Source: Blochmannia endosymbiont of Camponotus modoc (GTDB lineage: Bacteria > Pseudomonadota > Gammaproteobacteria > Enterobacterales > Enterobacteriaceae). From it: a stretch of DNA of 32,000 nucleotides. Position 1 is the first letter of the stretch, and each line of letters begins with the position of its first letter. The notes under the pieces were generated by a model, which made no database searches, had not been told where the DNA came from, and saw only the letters and a program-made list of their open reading frames with translations. The position numbers were made by a program, and so were the translations under genes. Positions 1-11,207 of the stretch are shown piece after piece. The DNA lies in the NCBI RefSeq assembly GCF_023585785.1, contig NZ_CP097765.1, positions 300,001 through 332,000 on the forward strand, in the 5' to 3' direction.

Positions 1-45
1 AAAGAAAGAATATTTTTAGCTATAATTCATGTTTCCTTAATATAA
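1..45 (+). CDS. cyoA: probable 3' end of cytochrome bo3 ubiquinol oxidase subunit II (partial, runs off the left edge)
   Basis: Frame 1 is open from base 1 to TAA at 43-45, 50 nt upstream of cyoB, where cyoA sits in cyoABCDE operons. Only 14 codons are visible ([14 protein letters not shown]). Frame 2 (KKEYF, stop 17-19) cannot be excluded. Confidence 0.3.
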   Translation, partial: KERIFLAIIHVSLI

Positions 46-95
46 GGCATGATTGTTTTGAGAAATGTTGTAAATATATAAGGATAATTAAAATA

Positions 96-2057
96 ATGTT
101 TGGAAAATTAACAACAGATTCTATTCCGTATGAAGATCCAGTTATTATGTCGACAGTCATTATCATTCTTTTCATTGGAGTAATGCTTTCCGGTATCATT
201 ACATATTACAATAAATGGCGATATCTTTGGAATGAATGGTTTACTTCTGTAGATCATAAAAAAATTGGGATTATGTATATTATAGTCTCATGTATTATGT
301 TTTTACGTGGTTTTGCCGATGCCATCATGATGAGAGCGCAACAAGCTTTATCCTCTTCTGGATCGTATGAATTTCTTTCATCCCATCACTACAACCAAGT
401 AATTACCGCTCATGGAGTAATCATGATCATATTTATGGCTACTCCTTTCGTAATAGGATTAATGAACTTGGTAGTTCCATTACAAATTGGAGCACGAGAT
501 GTTGCTTTTCCTTTTTTAAATTCTTTGAGTTTTTGGTTATTTATGGTAGGTGTAATTTTGATGAATCTTTCCTTAGGAATAGGAGAATTTGCTCAAACAG
601 GATGGTCAGGTTACCCACCATTATCAAGTAAAGAATACAGTCCTGGTGTTGGTGTCGATTATTGGATATGGAGTATACAAATTTCTGGAATAGGAACTAC
701 TTTGACTGGTATAAATTTTTTTACTACAATTTTATATATGCGAGCTCCAGGATTGTCGATGATGAAAATGCCAGTTTTTACTTGGACTGCTTTATGTACA
801 AATACATTAATCATTGCAGCTTTTCCAATTTTGACTATTACTATCGCTTTATTAACACTAGACCGTTATCTGGGAACCCATTTTTTTACTAACGATTTAG
901 GCGGAAATATGATGATGTATATCAATTTATTTTGGGCTTGGGGTCATCCAGAAGTATATATTTTAGTGTTGCCCGTATTTGGTGTATTTTCGGAAATTGT
1001 TTCCACTTTTTCACAAAAGAAGTTGTTTGGATATACTTCATTAATATGGGCTACTATAGCTATTACTGTGTTATCTTTTTGTGTATGGTTACATCATTTT
1101 TTTACTATGGGTGCAGGTGCTAACGTTAATGCATTTTTCGGTATTATGACTATGATAATTGCCATTCCAACTGGAGTAAAGGTATTTAACTGGTTATTCA
1201 CTATGTATCGAGGGAAAATTGTTTTTGCTTCCCCAATGATGTGGACTATTGGATTTATTATTACATTTTCCATAGGAGGAATGACTGGGGTATTATTATC
1301 TGTGCCAGGAGCTGATTTTGTATTGCATAACAGTTTATTTTTAATTGCACATTTTCATAATGTTATTATTGGAGGAGTATTGTTCGGTTGTTTTGCCGGA
1401 GCTACCTATTGGTTTCCTAAGGCTTTTGGTTATGTTTTAAATGAAAAATGGGGGAAACGAGCTTTTTGGTTTTGGATGATTGGATTTTATATGGCGTTTA
1501 TGCCGTTATATATTTTAGGGTTTATGGGTATGACTCGTCGATTAAGCCAACACATTGATCCAATATTTTCATCGATGTTAATAACCGCATCAATGGGTAC
1601 TATATTGATTGGATTGGGTATTATGTGCCAATGTATCCAAATAATAGTCAGTATTGTAAATCGTGATAAATATAAAGATATAAATGGAAATCCATGGAAT
1701 GGATCTACTTTAGAATGGGCTGTTTCCTCTCCCCCGCCATTTTATAATTTTGCAATTATTCCTATAATAAATAGTGATCGTGATGTTTTTTGGTATGTAC
1801 AAAATAATAGAAACGTATATTCTTGTCCTGATCAATTTAAATCCATACATATGCCTAAAAATACGTATTCTGGCATTGTTATATCTTTTTTCGGTTTAAC
1901 ATTTGGATTTGGTATGATTTGGTATATATGGTGGCTCGTTATTTTCAGTATGGTGGGAATCATAACAACTTGGATTCTTCATACATTTAATGATGATACA
2001 GAATATTACGTACCAGTAGAGAAAGTTAAAGAAATTGAATGTGTTAATAATGTATAA
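96..2057 (+). CDS. cyoB: cytochrome bo3 ubiquinol oxidase subunit I
   Basis: 653-aa ORF with ATG at 96 preceded by AAGGA. Long blocks are near-identical to E. coli CyoB as recalled (MFGKL start, [58 protein letters not shown]). Confidence 0.97.
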   Translation: MFGKLTTDSIPYEDPVIMSTVIIILFIGVMLSGIITYYNKWRYLWNEWFTSVDHKKIGIMYIIVSCIMFLRGFADAIMMRAQQALSSSGSYEFLSSHHYNQVITAHGVIMIIFMATPFVIGLMNLVVPLQIGARDVAFPFLNSLSFWLFMVGVILMNLSLGIGEFAQTGWSGYPPLSSKEYSPGVGVDYWIWSIQISGIGTTLTGINFFTTILYMRAPGLSMMKMPVFTWTALCTNTLIIAAFPILTITIALLTLDRYLGTHFFTNDLGGNMMMYINLFWAWGHPEVYILVLPVFGVFSEIVSTFSQKKLFGYTSLIWATIAITVLSFCVWLHHFFTMGAGANVNAFFGIMTMIIAIPTGVKVFNWLFTMYRGKIVFASPMMWTIGFIITFSIGGMTGVLLSVPGADFVLHNSLFLIAHFHNVIIGGVLFGCFAGATYWFPKAFGYVLNEKWGKRAFWFWMIGFYMAFMPLYILGFMGMTRRLSQHIDPIFSSMLITASMGTILIGLGIMCQCIQIIVSIVNRDKYKDINGNPWNGSTLEWAVSSPPPFYNFAIIPIINSDRDVFWYVQNNRNVYSCPDQFKSIHMPKNTYSGIVISFFGLTFGFGMIWYIWWLVIFSMVGIITTWILHTFNDDTEYYVPVEKVKEIECVNNV

Positions 2058-2622
2058 ACATAATAATTTAAATATAAAGACAATATTTGGTTTCTGGTTA
2101 TACATAATGAGTGATTGTATTCTATTTGCAAGTTTATTTGCAATATACTCTGTGTTATGTAATAACACAGTAGATTGTTCTTCAGGTAAAGATATATTTT
2201 CATTGCCTTTTGTGTTTGTAGAAACTTGTTGTTTATTATTGAGTAGCCTTACTCATGGCAAAGTTATGATATATGTAGAAAAATCATATACGAAACAAGT
2301 AAATATTTGGATGGGAATAACTTTTTTATTAGGACTATGTTTTATTAGTATGGAGATCTATGAATTTTATCATTTAATTAAATTAGGAAACAATCCATGT
2401 CGTAGTGCGTTTCTTTCTTCTTTTTTTACTTTAGTGGGGACTCATGGTCTACATGTGATAGCGGGTCTTATTTGGATCGCGGTAATGATTATGCATATTG
2501 TGCGTCAAGGATTAACATACACCAACTATATACGAATGCAATGTTTAAGTTTATTTTGGCATTTTCTTGATATTATATGGATATGTGTATTTACTGAGGT
2601 GTATTTACTGGGAGTACTATGA
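2050..2622 (+). CDS. cyoC: cytochrome bo3 ubiquinol oxidase subunit III
   Basis: ATG at 2050 overlaps the cyoB stop (2055-2057) by 8 nt; the ORF-track start at 2035 is a TTG. Motifs [33 protein letters not shown] and [11 protein letters not shown] match CyoC. Confidence 0.93.
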   Translation: MYKHNNLNIKTIFGFWLYIMSDCILFASLFAIYSVLCNNTVDCSSGKDIFSLPFVFVETCCLLLSSLTHGKVMIYVEKSYTKQVNIWMGITFLLGLCFISMEIYEFYHLIKLGNNPCRSAFLSSFFTLVGTHGLHVIAGLIWIAVMIMHIVRQGLTYTNYIRMQCLSLFWHFLDIIWICVFTEVYLLGVL

Positions 2623-2625
2623 TTA

Positions 2626-2928
2626 ATGAAGAATGGTTATACACAGAAGTCATATTTAATTGGGTTTGCATTATCTGTTGTTTTGACAATCGTTCCATTT
2701 GTTATGGTTACACATGACGCAATAAATAAAAAAATATTAATAAATATTATTGTATTTTGCTCAATAATGCAGATTATTGTTCATTTAATTTTCTTTTTGC
2801 ATTTGGGAAATGTATCTAATCAAGCATGGAATTTAATATCTTTAATATTCACAATATTTATTGTTTTTATCCTTGTGCTAGGAAGTGTATGGATTATGAC
2901 ACATTTGCATCATAATTTGATGATTTAA
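2626..2928 (+). CDS. cyoD: cytochrome bo3 ubiquinol oxidase subunit IV
   Basis: 100-aa hydrophobic ORF whose ATG lies 3 nt after the cyoC stop. Size, three hydrophobic segments and operon position fit CyoD. Confidence 0.85.
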   Translation: MKNGYTQKSYLIGFALSVVLTIVPFVMVTHDAINKKILINIIVFCSIMQIIVHLIFFLHLGNVSNQAWNLISLIFTIFIVFILVLGSVWIMTHLHHNLMI

Positions 2929-2947
2929 ATAAGATAGTTTAATTGTT

Positions 2948-3832
2948 ATGATTAAATATTATTTACACTTAACGAAACCAGGAATTGTTTTAGGTAATTT
3001 AATGTCGTCTACAGGGGGATTTTTAATAGCATCGCGAGATGCTATATCTTGTTCTTTATTTATCACAATGACTGTAGGAACGACCTTAGTGATAGCTGCT
3101 GGCTGTGTGTTAAATAACATTATTGATCGAGATATTGATGCAGTTATGGAACGAACTAAAAATAGAGTCTTGGTGCAACACAGTCAAATTTTTCTAAATC
3201 AAAGTATATTGTATGCAGTAATCTTAAGTATATTTGGATTTTTGTTTTTGAGTTTTACTAAAAATTTTTTGACAATATATTTATCGGCAATAGGTTTATT
3301 TATATACGTCGGTGTGTATAGTTTATGGATGAAACGTAGATCTATTTATAGTATAATGGTGGGTAGTATATCAGGAGCAATGCCGCCAGTCATTGGATAT
3401 TGTACCGCTGCAAATCAATTTGATGTAGGAGCTTTGATATTATTAATAATTTTTAGTTTGTGGCAAATCCCACATTCTCATTCCATTGCTATTTTACGAT
3501 TAAATGATTATAAAATAGCTTGTATTCCAACTTTCCCTATTAAAAAGGGAGTGGAGTCAACTAAGAATCATATGGTTGTTTATATAATTGGGTTTATTAT
3601 AGCAACTATATTATTTACTGTTATGGGGTACACTAGTTATATATTTTTAATAATAATTAGCGTTATAAATTTATGGTGGTTATATATGGGATTTTATGGT
3701 TATAGAATAATTAATCATGATAGTTTGTGGGCAAAGCAAATGTTTGTATTATCTCTTATCATTATAGTATCATTAAATTTGCTTTTATCCTTAGATCATA
3801 TTTTATTTTCTACAAAAAATATATTACTGTAA
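2948..3832 (+). CDS. cyoE: protoheme IX farnesyltransferase (heme O synthase)
   Basis: 294-aa polytopic ORF with the UbiA-type prenyltransferase motif NNIIDRDIDAVMERTKNR. It is the last gene of the cyo operon. Confidence 0.93.
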   Translation: MIKYYLHLTKPGIVLGNLMSSTGGFLIASRDAISCSLFITMTVGTTLVIAAGCVLNNIIDRDIDAVMERTKNRVLVQHSQIFLNQSILYAVILSIFGFLFLSFTKNFLTIYLSAIGLFIYVGVYSLWMKRRSIYSIMVGSISGAMPPVIGYCTAANQFDVGALILLIIFSLWQIPHSHSIAILRLNDYKIACIPTFPIKKGVESTKNHMVVYIIGFIIATILFTVMGYTSYIFLIIISVINLWWLYMGFYGYRIINHDSLWAKQMFVLSLIIIVSLNLLLSLDHILFSTKNILL

Positions 3833-3989
3833 ATATGACATACGCGAAATACTATTAGTTTAAATGAATAAATAATATGATATTTCTTAGTATTTATAAA
3901 ATTTTTATTTTAAACATTTTATATATATCGATATTTTTAAAATATATAAATTTAAGATATTCCGATATCTATCTATTGTTAACACTATA

Positions 3990-5150
3990 ATGACTAAAAA
4001 AGAATTTTACATTATATTAGGATTGAGCACGATATTTGCATTACGCATGGCAGGAGTATTTATGATTCTGCCCGTTTTAACTATTCATGCTGTTTCCTTG
4101 CAAGGAGCGAATGGAAGTTCGCTAGGTGTAGCTATTGGAGTATATGGTTTAATGCAAATAATCTTTCAATTACCTTTTGGATTAATGTCTGACAAAATTG
4201 GACGTAAGTCTGTTATTATCGGGGGATTAGTGTTATTTATTTTTGGTAGTGAAATAGCAGCAACTACTAATAATATTTGGGGGCTTATTATTGGACGAGC
4301 ACTACAAGGATCAGGAGCTATTGGCAGCTCACTTATAGCGTTGTTATTAGACTCAGTACAAGAACAACATCGCATAAAAGCTATGGCGTCAGTTGGCATG
4401 AGTATTGGTATAGCTTTTGCTGCTTCTATGGTTTTTGGACCAATTATTACTAATAGGTTTGGATTGAATGGATTATTTCATAGTATTGCTATATTAATTA
4501 TAGTAGCCATTGTTCTAATTTGTATTATAAAACCACCTATTTCTTCTCACCCCGTAAAAAATGATGAAAATTTATTTATTATGTTTAGTAAAATTAAACA
4601 TATATTAACGCATTCACAATTAATGAAATTAAATGTCAGCATATTTTTTACACATACTATTTTAATGTTAAACTTTATTGTTTTACCCAAAACAATGATA
4701 AATTTAGGATTTCCTCTTAGTATACATTGGAAAATTTATAGTATTATTATGATAATATCTGCGATCGTAGTATTGACATGTATTTTCTATTTTGAAGGTA
4801 AAAATTGTACAAAAAAGATATTAATTGCTTGTATGAATATTTTATTTTTATCTGAACTAATTATGTCAATGAATACGTTATATAGTAAAATGTTTTTATT
4901 TGGAATGCAGCTATTTTTTATAGCATTTAGTTTAATAGAGACAATATTACCTGCTTTGATAAATAAAGAAGCACAAAAAAAATATAAAGTAACTACTATT
5001 AGTATTTATTCCATTGGTCAATTTTTAGGAATAGGATTCGGTGGGATTTTAGGTGGATTTTTATTAGAAATGAAAGGAGTATGGTTGGTATTGTTTTTTT
5101 CATTAATTATATCCTTATTATGCGTTATAGTAATTAACACACTACATTAA
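3990..5150 (+). CDS. yajR: MFS transporter, YajR-like, lacking the C-terminal cytosolic domain
   Basis: 386-aa ORF. The N-terminal half aligns closely with E. coli YajR as recalled (LRMAGVFMILPVLT, GLMSDKIGRK motif A, GRALQGSGAI). It is adjacent to cyoE as in E. coli and ends right after the last TM segment. Confidence 0.8.
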   Translation: MTKKEFYIILGLSTIFALRMAGVFMILPVLTIHAVSLQGANGSSLGVAIGVYGLMQIIFQLPFGLMSDKIGRKSVIIGGLVLFIFGSEIAATTNNIWGLIIGRALQGSGAIGSSLIALLLDSVQEQHRIKAMASVGMSIGIAFAASMVFGPIITNRFGLNGLFHSIAILIIVAIVLICIIKPPISSHPVKNDENLFIMFSKIKHILTHSQLMKLNVSIFFTHTILMLNFIVLPKTMINLGFPLSIHWKIYSIIMIISAIVVLTCIFYFEGKNCTKKILIACMNILFLSELIMSMNTLYSKMFLFGMQLFFIAFSLIETILPALINKEAQKKYKVTTISIYSIGQFLGIGFGGILGGFLLEMKGVWLVLFFSLIISLLCVIVINTLH

Positions 5151-5475
5151 TTATTTGTAATACGGTGAAATTTTACAGTTAATAGTGCAATGAAATATAT
5201 AAATCCCATTACTTCATTAAAACGCAAAATATTTCAATAAACACTAAAAAAAAATTATGTTTTTTATAATCTATAAAACCGTAATTACAGGTAGTATGAT
5301 TACTGTAATTTATCAATAAAAGTTAATTGTAATTCAGTAATACTTAAACCAACACAGTGACGTTTTCTATAAAACAATTTTTAATATACTTAATTACTAA
5401 TTAAGTAAGGACCTCATTATTAATCAAAATTTTTAATTGAAGTATTTGTTCGTGCGTGACGTGTTTTCTAATACA

Positions 5476-6936
5476 TTATCTAGGCGGTCTGTATATCTTT
5501 ACATTGCGAAATCCCTGTCTATGCAAATACATTACTTGCAATTGACTCATTATACCATGATCACAATATAATAAATATACTTTATTGGGATCTAATTTAG
5601 AAAATTGATCAATTAGACTATAAAAAGGTATTTTTTTTATTTCTATATTATTTAAATAAAGAGGATTTTTTTCTTGTTCAATTTCTGTTCGTATATCCAA
5701 TACTACATCAGTAGAATCCAATATTTTTTTAGTTTCTACTTGAAATACATGTTGATTAATGATTTTATCAGGAATATTTTGTACGTCTATTACATAAGAT
5801 TGAGACACTGCACGATCTAATATGGTGAAATCAAAATTATTTTCTTCAAATTCGATCAGTTGTTTTGTTGTTTTTGCAGTTGATTTTTTTGATATTATTC
5901 CGCAATATTCTGGAACAGATTTTGAAAGTATCTCTGTGCCTATTTTTCGAGCTAAATTGATAATTTTTTCCTTGTCATAAGCAATTAAAGGACGAAATAT
6001 TACATGATTAGAAACACTGTCAATAAGTGTTAGGTTACTTAAAGTTTGGCTTGATACTTGTCCTAACACTTCTCCTGTTATTAACGCGGTAATTTTAAAA
6101 CGATTAGCTACCAACGATGCAGAACGTATCATCATGCGTTTTAACACTACTCCTATTTGGTTGTCTTTTATTTTAGCAACAATTTCCTTAATGACTTCTG
6201 AAAAATCAATAGAAATAAATTTTATTTTATGAGAACTACTAAATTTGTTCCATAAAAAATGTATTACCCTACATACTTCAACAGTATGCATAGCTCCGCC
6301 TAAATTAAAAAAACAATAATTCACTTTACATCCTCGCCGAATTAACATATAGCTAGCAACAGCTGAATCAAATCCTCCTGAAATTAATGATAACATTTCT
6401 TGTTGCGTACCTATCGGAAAACCTCCTAATCCTTCGTAACGCTTGATAATTATAAAAAGTTGATTATCTTTAATTTCCAAATATATAGTTTTTTCAGGTT
6501 TTGTTAAGTTAACTCTAATATTAGCTATGTTTTGACACAGTTTATTCCCTAAATAATGTTCAACTTCTTGAGAAGTGAAATTATGTTTGCCACAACGTTT
6601 CACTCGAACACAAAAACTTTTGCCTGATAATTTAATCTCATCATTCAGACTGAATATAATTTTTTCATAAATATCTTGTAAAGAATGAAACACATGTTTT
6701 TTAATTAATAATAAATGGTGAATTCCAGGAATATTCACTAAAATAGCGCATATTTTTTGGTACTTTTTATTATTACATATTACCTCAAGATAATCCCAAT
6801 TACGTATAATTGATGCTGATTCATTATTTTTTTTTAAAATAGTTTTAATATTTGTAATGAGGATTTTTATAAAAAAAACTCGTATAGCACGGCTTTTTAT
6901 TGTAATTTCTGGTGATAATTTAATAATTATTTTCAT
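5476..6936 (-). CDS. thiI: tRNA 4-thiouridine(8) synthase / sulfur carrier ThiI
   Basis: 486-aa ORF with PP-loop SGGFDS and a C-terminal rhodanese-like domain carrying LYCDHG cysteine. Syntenic with E. coli thiI next to (xseB)-ispA-dxs. Confidence 0.93.
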   Translation of the reverse strand: MKIIIKLSPEITIKSRAIRVFFIKILITNIKTILKKNNESASIIRNWDYLEVICNNKKYQKICAILVNIPGIHHLLLIKKHVFHSLQDIYEKIIFSLNDEIKLSGKSFCVRVKRCGKHNFTSQEVEHYLGNKLCQNIANIRVNLTKPEKTIYLEIKDNQLFIIIKRYEGLGGFPIGTQQEMLSLISGGFDSAVASYMLIRRGCKVNYCFFNLGGAMHTVEVCRVIHFLWNKFSSSHKIKFISIDFSEVIKEIVAKIKDNQIGVVLKRMMIRSASLVANRFKITALITGEVLGQVSSQTLSNLTLIDSVSNHVIFRPLIAYDKEKIINLARKIGTEILSKSVPEYCGIISKKSTAKTTKQLIEFEENNFDFTILDRAVSQSYVIDVQNIPDKIINQHVFQVETKKILDSTDVVLDIRTEIEQEKNPLYLNNIEIKKIPFYSLIDQFSKLDPNKVYLLYCDHGIMSQLQVMYLHRQGFRNVKIYRPPR

Positions 6937-7227
6937 ATAAATATTTTAAGCATTAAAATACATAAGCATAAGAATAATATATTAGATATAGTAATCTTAT
7001 ACTATATAAATTATTATTATTTATATAATAATGTGCTCTTCTTTTGGATTATCGCATCAAAAATGATAATAGGCTATTATCTATTATATACGTAATCAGT
7101 ATATGAATTTATAAAAATAATTATACTAACATATAGATATTTTTATTATGTAATATTATTATATACCGTGTGTGTTATTTAAATACACATACTAATAGTG
7201 TTTATTTTATGGTGTTAGTACAAGACT

Positions 7228-8154
7228 ATGCTTATGATTGATTTTGTTAATGAGTTACGTGACAGCCATCAACGAGTAGACGAAGCCATTAGTCGTTATT
7301 TACTTATGTTTCTTAAACAAGATGTATCTCTCCTTATGCAAGCAATACGTTATAGTGTTCTGTTGGGAGGAAAACGGCTACGTCCTTTTTTGGTTTATCA
7401 AACAGGGAAATTGTTTGGTATTAGATCGTCAAATCTCAATGCCCCAGCAGCAGCCATTGAATGCATACATGCTTATTCTTTAATTCATGATGATTTACCT
7501 ATTATGGATAATGATAAACTGCGTAGAGGACATCCAACATGTCATGTCAAATTTGGAGAGTCCATTGCTGTTTTAGCAGGCGATGCTCTACATACATTGG
7601 CTTTTACCATTCTTTCAGAAGCACATATGCCAACTGTCACAGATCAAGATCGTTTAAAAATGATTGCTACATTAGCTTCTGCCAGCGGAGCTAATGGAAT
7701 GTGCTTAGGTCAGTCTTTAGATTTAATTAGTAAAAATAATAAAAATATATCAGCCACACAGTTAGAAACCATATATCAGTACAAAACAGGATCATTAATT
7801 CGAGCTGCAGTTCGCATTGGAGCTTTAGCAGCAGGAAACAAAAGCAAAAGCTGCGACGACGTATTGTCATTTCTAGACCACTATGCTACAACTATAGGTT
7901 TAGCTTTTCAAATACAAGACGACATTATAGATATTTCACATGCATATGATCAGAAAAAAAAACACAGTATGCAATCGAAACATAATGATGTCAACAACAC
8001 TTATCCAAAAATATTAGGATTAAACACGGCTCGCACTAAAGCTCAAGATTTATATTGTGAGTCATTAACATCTTTAAAATACATTGCGAAATTAGGCTAC
8101 AACGTTAATATTTTATCTGCATTTTCGCGTTATATCATTAAACGTAACAACTAA
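7228..8154 (+). CDS. ispA: farnesyl diphosphate synthase
   Basis: 308-aa ORF with the two Asp-rich motifs HAYSLIHDDLPIMDNDKLRRG and GLAFQIQDDIIDI. A second in-frame ATG at 7234 is an alternative start. Confidence 0.95.
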   Translation: MLMIDFVNELRDSHQRVDEAISRYLLMFLKQDVSLLMQAIRYSVLLGGKRLRPFLVYQTGKLFGIRSSNLNAPAAAIECIHAYSLIHDDLPIMDNDKLRRGHPTCHVKFGESIAVLAGDALHTLAFTILSEAHMPTVTDQDRLKMIATLASASGANGMCLGQSLDLISKNNKNISATQLETIYQYKTGSLIRAAVRIGALAAGNKSKSCDDVLSFLDHYATTIGLAFQIQDDIIDISHAYDQKKKHSMQSKHNDVNNTYPKILGLNTARTKAQDLYCESLTSLKYIAKLGYNVNILSAFSRYIIKRNN

Positions 8155-8178
8155 AATTACGTAAATAAATAATATTAA

Positions 8179-10059
8179 ATGAACTGTAATTCAAATAAAT
8201 ACCCCATATTAAGTTTAATCAATACTCCTAACGAATTGAGACAATTATCTGAAGATCATTTAACAAAGTTGTGTAATGAGTTACGTCAATTTCTTTTAAC
8301 TAGTGTTAGTAGATCTAGCGGACATTTTGCATCTGGATTAGGGACTATTGAGCTTACCGTAGCACTACATTACGTATATAATACTCCATTTGATTATTTA
8401 ATTTGGGATGTAGGGCATCAAGCATACCCGCATAAAATTCTTACGGGGCGACGCGAACGTATTTTTAGTATTAGAAGGAGGAACGGATTACATCCATTTC
8501 CTTGTCGTGACGAAAGCGAATATGATGTTTTATCAGTAGGACATTCTTCTACTTCAATTAGCGCGGGATTAGGTCTATCAATAGCGGCGGAACGAGAAAT
8601 GCTAGGACGTCGTACAGTATGCGTGATAGGAGACGGAGCAATAACTGCTGGGATGGCCTTTGAAGCAATGAACCATGCTGGATCTACAAACTCTGATTTA
8701 TTGATTATTTTAAATGATAATGAAATGTCTATTTCAGAAAACGTAGGAGCATTAAACAATCATCATACTCATATTTTATCAAAAAAAGTATATTCCAATT
8801 TAAAAGTAGACAACAATAAAATATTGTCTGACATGTTTTTAACTAATACATTGATTAAACATACTGGTAACCAAATCAAAAATTGTAATGGCACATCAAA
8901 TTCATTATTTTCACAACTTGGTTTTAATTATATTGGCCCCATTAATGGACACGATGTATTAGAATTAGTATATATTTTGAGAAATATACGTGATATGAAA
9001 GGTCCACAATTCTTACATGTTATTACCAAAAAAGGTTGTGGATATGAACCTGCAGAAAAAGATCCTATTAAATGGCACGCAGTACCAAAATTTGATCCTA
9101 AAATTGGATCGTTACCTACTACTACAAAGCATTCTAAAAATATAACTTATTCTGCAATTTTTGGTGATTGGTTATGCCAAGTTGCGGCTCGAGATAATAA
9201 GATTATAGGAATTACGCCCGCGATGAGAGAAGGTTCTGGAATGAGTACCTTCTCTCAGAAATATCCAAAACAATATTTTGATGTTGCAATTGCTGAACAA
9301 CATGCTGTGACATTTGCTGCTGGATTAGCTATAGCGGGTTATAAACCTATTGTCGCTATTTATTCAACATTTTTACAACGCGCATATGATCAAGTAATCC
9401 ATGACGTAGCAATTCAGAATTTGCCTGTGTTATTTGCTGTCGATCGAGGAGGTATTGTCGGAGCAGATGGACAAACTCACCAAGGCGCTTTTGATTTATC
9501 GTATTTACGTTGTATTCCGAATATGATAATAATGACCCCTAGTGATGCGTGTGAATGTAAGTTGATGCTATATACAGGATATCGCTATCGATATGGACCT
9601 AGTGTTGTACGTTATCCTAAGGGATATGCTGTACCCGGTAATTTAGTAGATACAACAAAATTGTATACTTTACCATTAAGTAAAGGTGTAATACGTCGTC
9701 AAGGAAATTGCATTGCAATTCTTAATTTCGGAACTTTATTGCAATCAGCCTATAATGTTGCATCTGAATTAAATGCGACTCTAGTAGATATGAGATTTGT
9801 TAAACCATTAGATGGAAACTTAATAAAAAATCTTGCTAAAAATCACCAAGTTTTAATAACATTAGAGGAAAATACAATAATGGGTGGAGCCGGAAGCGGG
9901 GTGAATGAATTTATTATGCAGAATAAGTTATCAATTCCAGTTTTAAATATTGGTTTGCCTGATTTTTTTATTTCTCAAGGTTCACAATCAGAGATACTTT
10001 CTGAATTGGGATTAGATAGTATAGGTATTTATAAAAAAATTATAAAATGGATACATTAA
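8179..10059 (+). CDS. dxs: 1-deoxy-D-xylulose-5-phosphate synthase
   Basis: 626-aa ORF with GHFASGLG, the TPP motif [18 protein letters not shown] and [15 protein letters not shown]. Follows ispA as in E. coli. Confidence 0.97.
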   Translation: MNCNSNKYPILSLINTPNELRQLSEDHLTKLCNELRQFLLTSVSRSSGHFASGLGTIELTVALHYVYNTPFDYLIWDVGHQAYPHKILTGRRERIFSIRRRNGLHPFPCRDESEYDVLSVGHSSTSISAGLGLSIAAEREMLGRRTVCVIGDGAITAGMAFEAMNHAGSTNSDLLIILNDNEMSISENVGALNNHHTHILSKKVYSNLKVDNNKILSDMFLTNTLIKHTGNQIKNCNGTSNSLFSQLGFNYIGPINGHDVLELVYILRNIRDMKGPQFLHVITKKGCGYEPAEKDPIKWHAVPKFDPKIGSLPTTTKHSKNITYSAIFGDWLCQVAARDNKIIGITPAMREGSGMSTFSQKYPKQYFDVAIAEQHAVTFAAGLAIAGYKPIVAIYSTFLQRAYDQVIHDVAIQNLPVLFAVDRGGIVGADGQTHQGAFDLSYLRCIPNMIIMTPSDACECKLMLYTGYRYRYGPSVVRYPKGYAVPGNLVDTTKLYTLPLSKGVIRRQGNCIAILNFGTLLQSAYNVASELNATLVDMRFVKPLDGNLIKNLAKNHQVLITLEENTIMGGAGSGVNEFIMQNKLSIPVLNIGLPDFFISQGSQSEILSELGLDSIGIYKKIIKWIH

Positions 10060-10155
10060 CAGGATTGTATTCAATGTAGTATGACGTTTAAATAATTTAA
10101 CGCATATAAAGCTAACCTTCAATATTATCGATATATATACATTTTGTAAAAAATT

Positions 10156-10719
10156 TTAATGATATAAATTCATTAGTAATAAAATGATACAAACTGATAT
10201 AATGCTCGCTAATATATCATCAATAATTATTCCAAATCCTCCTTTTATTTCACGATCACACCATGAAATTGGCCAAGGTTTTACTATATCAAATATTCTA
10301 AATAATAAAAATGCGATAATCGTCCACAACCAACTGTGTATTGGTACTATAATTAATGTCATCCACATACCAACAAATTCATCCCAAACGATTGATTTAG
10401 GGTCATGAACACCAATTATTTTAGTAGTATGATCGCAAAAATATATACCCACTCCTGTTCCAATAATCAAGAACAAAAAATAAAACTGAAACGGAAATAA
10501 ATAATTCAAAACCCACCATATTGGTATTGCTAATAATGACGCCGCAGTTCCTACTGGTAGCCAAGAAATTGTACCTAAACCAAAACCAGTGGCAAATAAA
10601 CACCATATTTTAGACAATTTCAAATCACTAATCATATTTAAAAAACATATCAGTAGCACACATCTATTCAGTTTAGGATTAATAAAAGCAATTATTGTTC
10701 TTTCAAATTTATTTTTCAT
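10156..10719 (-). CDS. pgpA: phosphatidylglycerophosphatase A
   Basis: Core aligns with E. coli PgpA (FATGFGLG, GVHDPKSIVWDEFVGMW, PWPISWCDR, GGFGIIIDDI). The start is uncertain. The ORF-track start 10773 is a GTG overlapping nusB by 32 nt. I prefer ATG 10719, but ATG 10635 is also possible. No clear SD for any of them. Confidence 0.85.
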   Translation of the reverse strand: MKNKFERTIIAFINPKLNRCVLLICFLNMISDLKLSKIWCLFATGFGLGTISWLPVGTAASLLAIPIWWVLNYLFPFQFYFLFLIIGTGVGIYFCDHTTKIIGVHDPKSIVWDEFVGMWMTLIIVPIHSWLWTIIAFLLFRIFDIVKPWPISWCDREIKGGFGIIIDDILASIISVCIILLLMNLYH

Positions 10720-10741
10720 TATAAAAACGATCATATCATTA

Positions 10742-11176
10742 TTATTTAATAATATGATCGTTTTTACTAACACAAAGCTGATTGACTATTTTATCTAATA
10801 CTCCATTAACAAATTTATGACTTTTTTCAGCTCCAAAATTTTTTACAAGCTCAATTGCTTCATTAATGGCAACTTTATATGGTATATCATTACATTTGGT
10901 AAGCTCAAACAATGCAATACGTAGCACTGAGTGTTCAATATAACCTAATTTCTCTAAATTGCGGGATAAATGCGGTATCATTAATTTATCCAATTCTTCA
11001 GCACAACTTATTACTCCAATATATAATTCATGAAAATAAGAGATATTACAATCTTGAATATCTTGCTCTTTTACAACATAATGCTCTATTTCTTTAACAT
11101 CATTTTTAGATACTTGCCAGGAATACAACGCCTGCAATGTACATTCACGAGCACGCCTTCTGCTAATTGCTTTCAC
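10742..11176 (-). CDS. nusB: transcription antitermination factor NusB
   Basis: 144-aa ORF with a GTG start at 11176 aligned to the E. coli start ([11 protein letters not shown] vs MKPAARRRARE). Also [25 protein letters not shown] and [10 protein letters not shown]. Confidence 0.93.
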   Translation of the reverse strand: MKAISRRRARECTLQALYSWQVSKNDVKEIEHYVVKEQDIQDCNISYFHELYIGVISCAEELDKLMIPHLSRNLEKLGYIEHSVLRIALFELTKCNDIPYKVAINEAIELVKNFGAEKSHKFVNGVLDKIVNQLCVSKNDHIIK

Positions 11177-11207
11177 ATAATTCCTTTTATATATTTTTAT
11201 ATGTATA

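Noticed and set aside
662-892. Alternative-frame or antisense ORFs in the supplied track that lie inside conserved genes. These are 662-892, 932-1123, 1896-2168, 2006-2203, 4166-4399, 8418-8759, 10184-10408, 10421-10606, 10589-10798, 10912-11097, 11030-11224, 11533-11739, 14458-14802, 19715-19906, 20795-21061, 22923-23123, 27760-27957 and 28674-28925.
   Set aside because: Each overlaps a strongly conserved CDS in another frame or strand. They have low-complexity, AT-driven composition and no recognisable motif, and are what chance open frames in AT-rich DNA look like.
5257-5319. A 20-codon ORF (MFFIIYKTVITGSMITVIYQ) in the yajR-thiI spacer, and similar mini-ORFs in other spacers.
   Set aside because: It has no SD, hydrophobic low-complexity composition, and overlaps a chance hairpin. 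There is no support beyond being open.
5387-5407. Short AT-rich palindromes and hairpins. Examples are the 21-bp TACTTAATTACTAATTAAGTA at 5387-5407, AATTACAG-n12-CTGTAATT at 5283-5310, TCAATGAcaTCATTGA at 18600-18615, GGTCAtgatTGACC at about 18740-18753 and TCAGTACTGA at 17846-17855.
   Set aside because: By my rough estimate, arms of 10 bp or less made mostly of A/T are expected several times by chance in 32 kb of this composition. None has a U-tract or a repeated genomic context that I could see.
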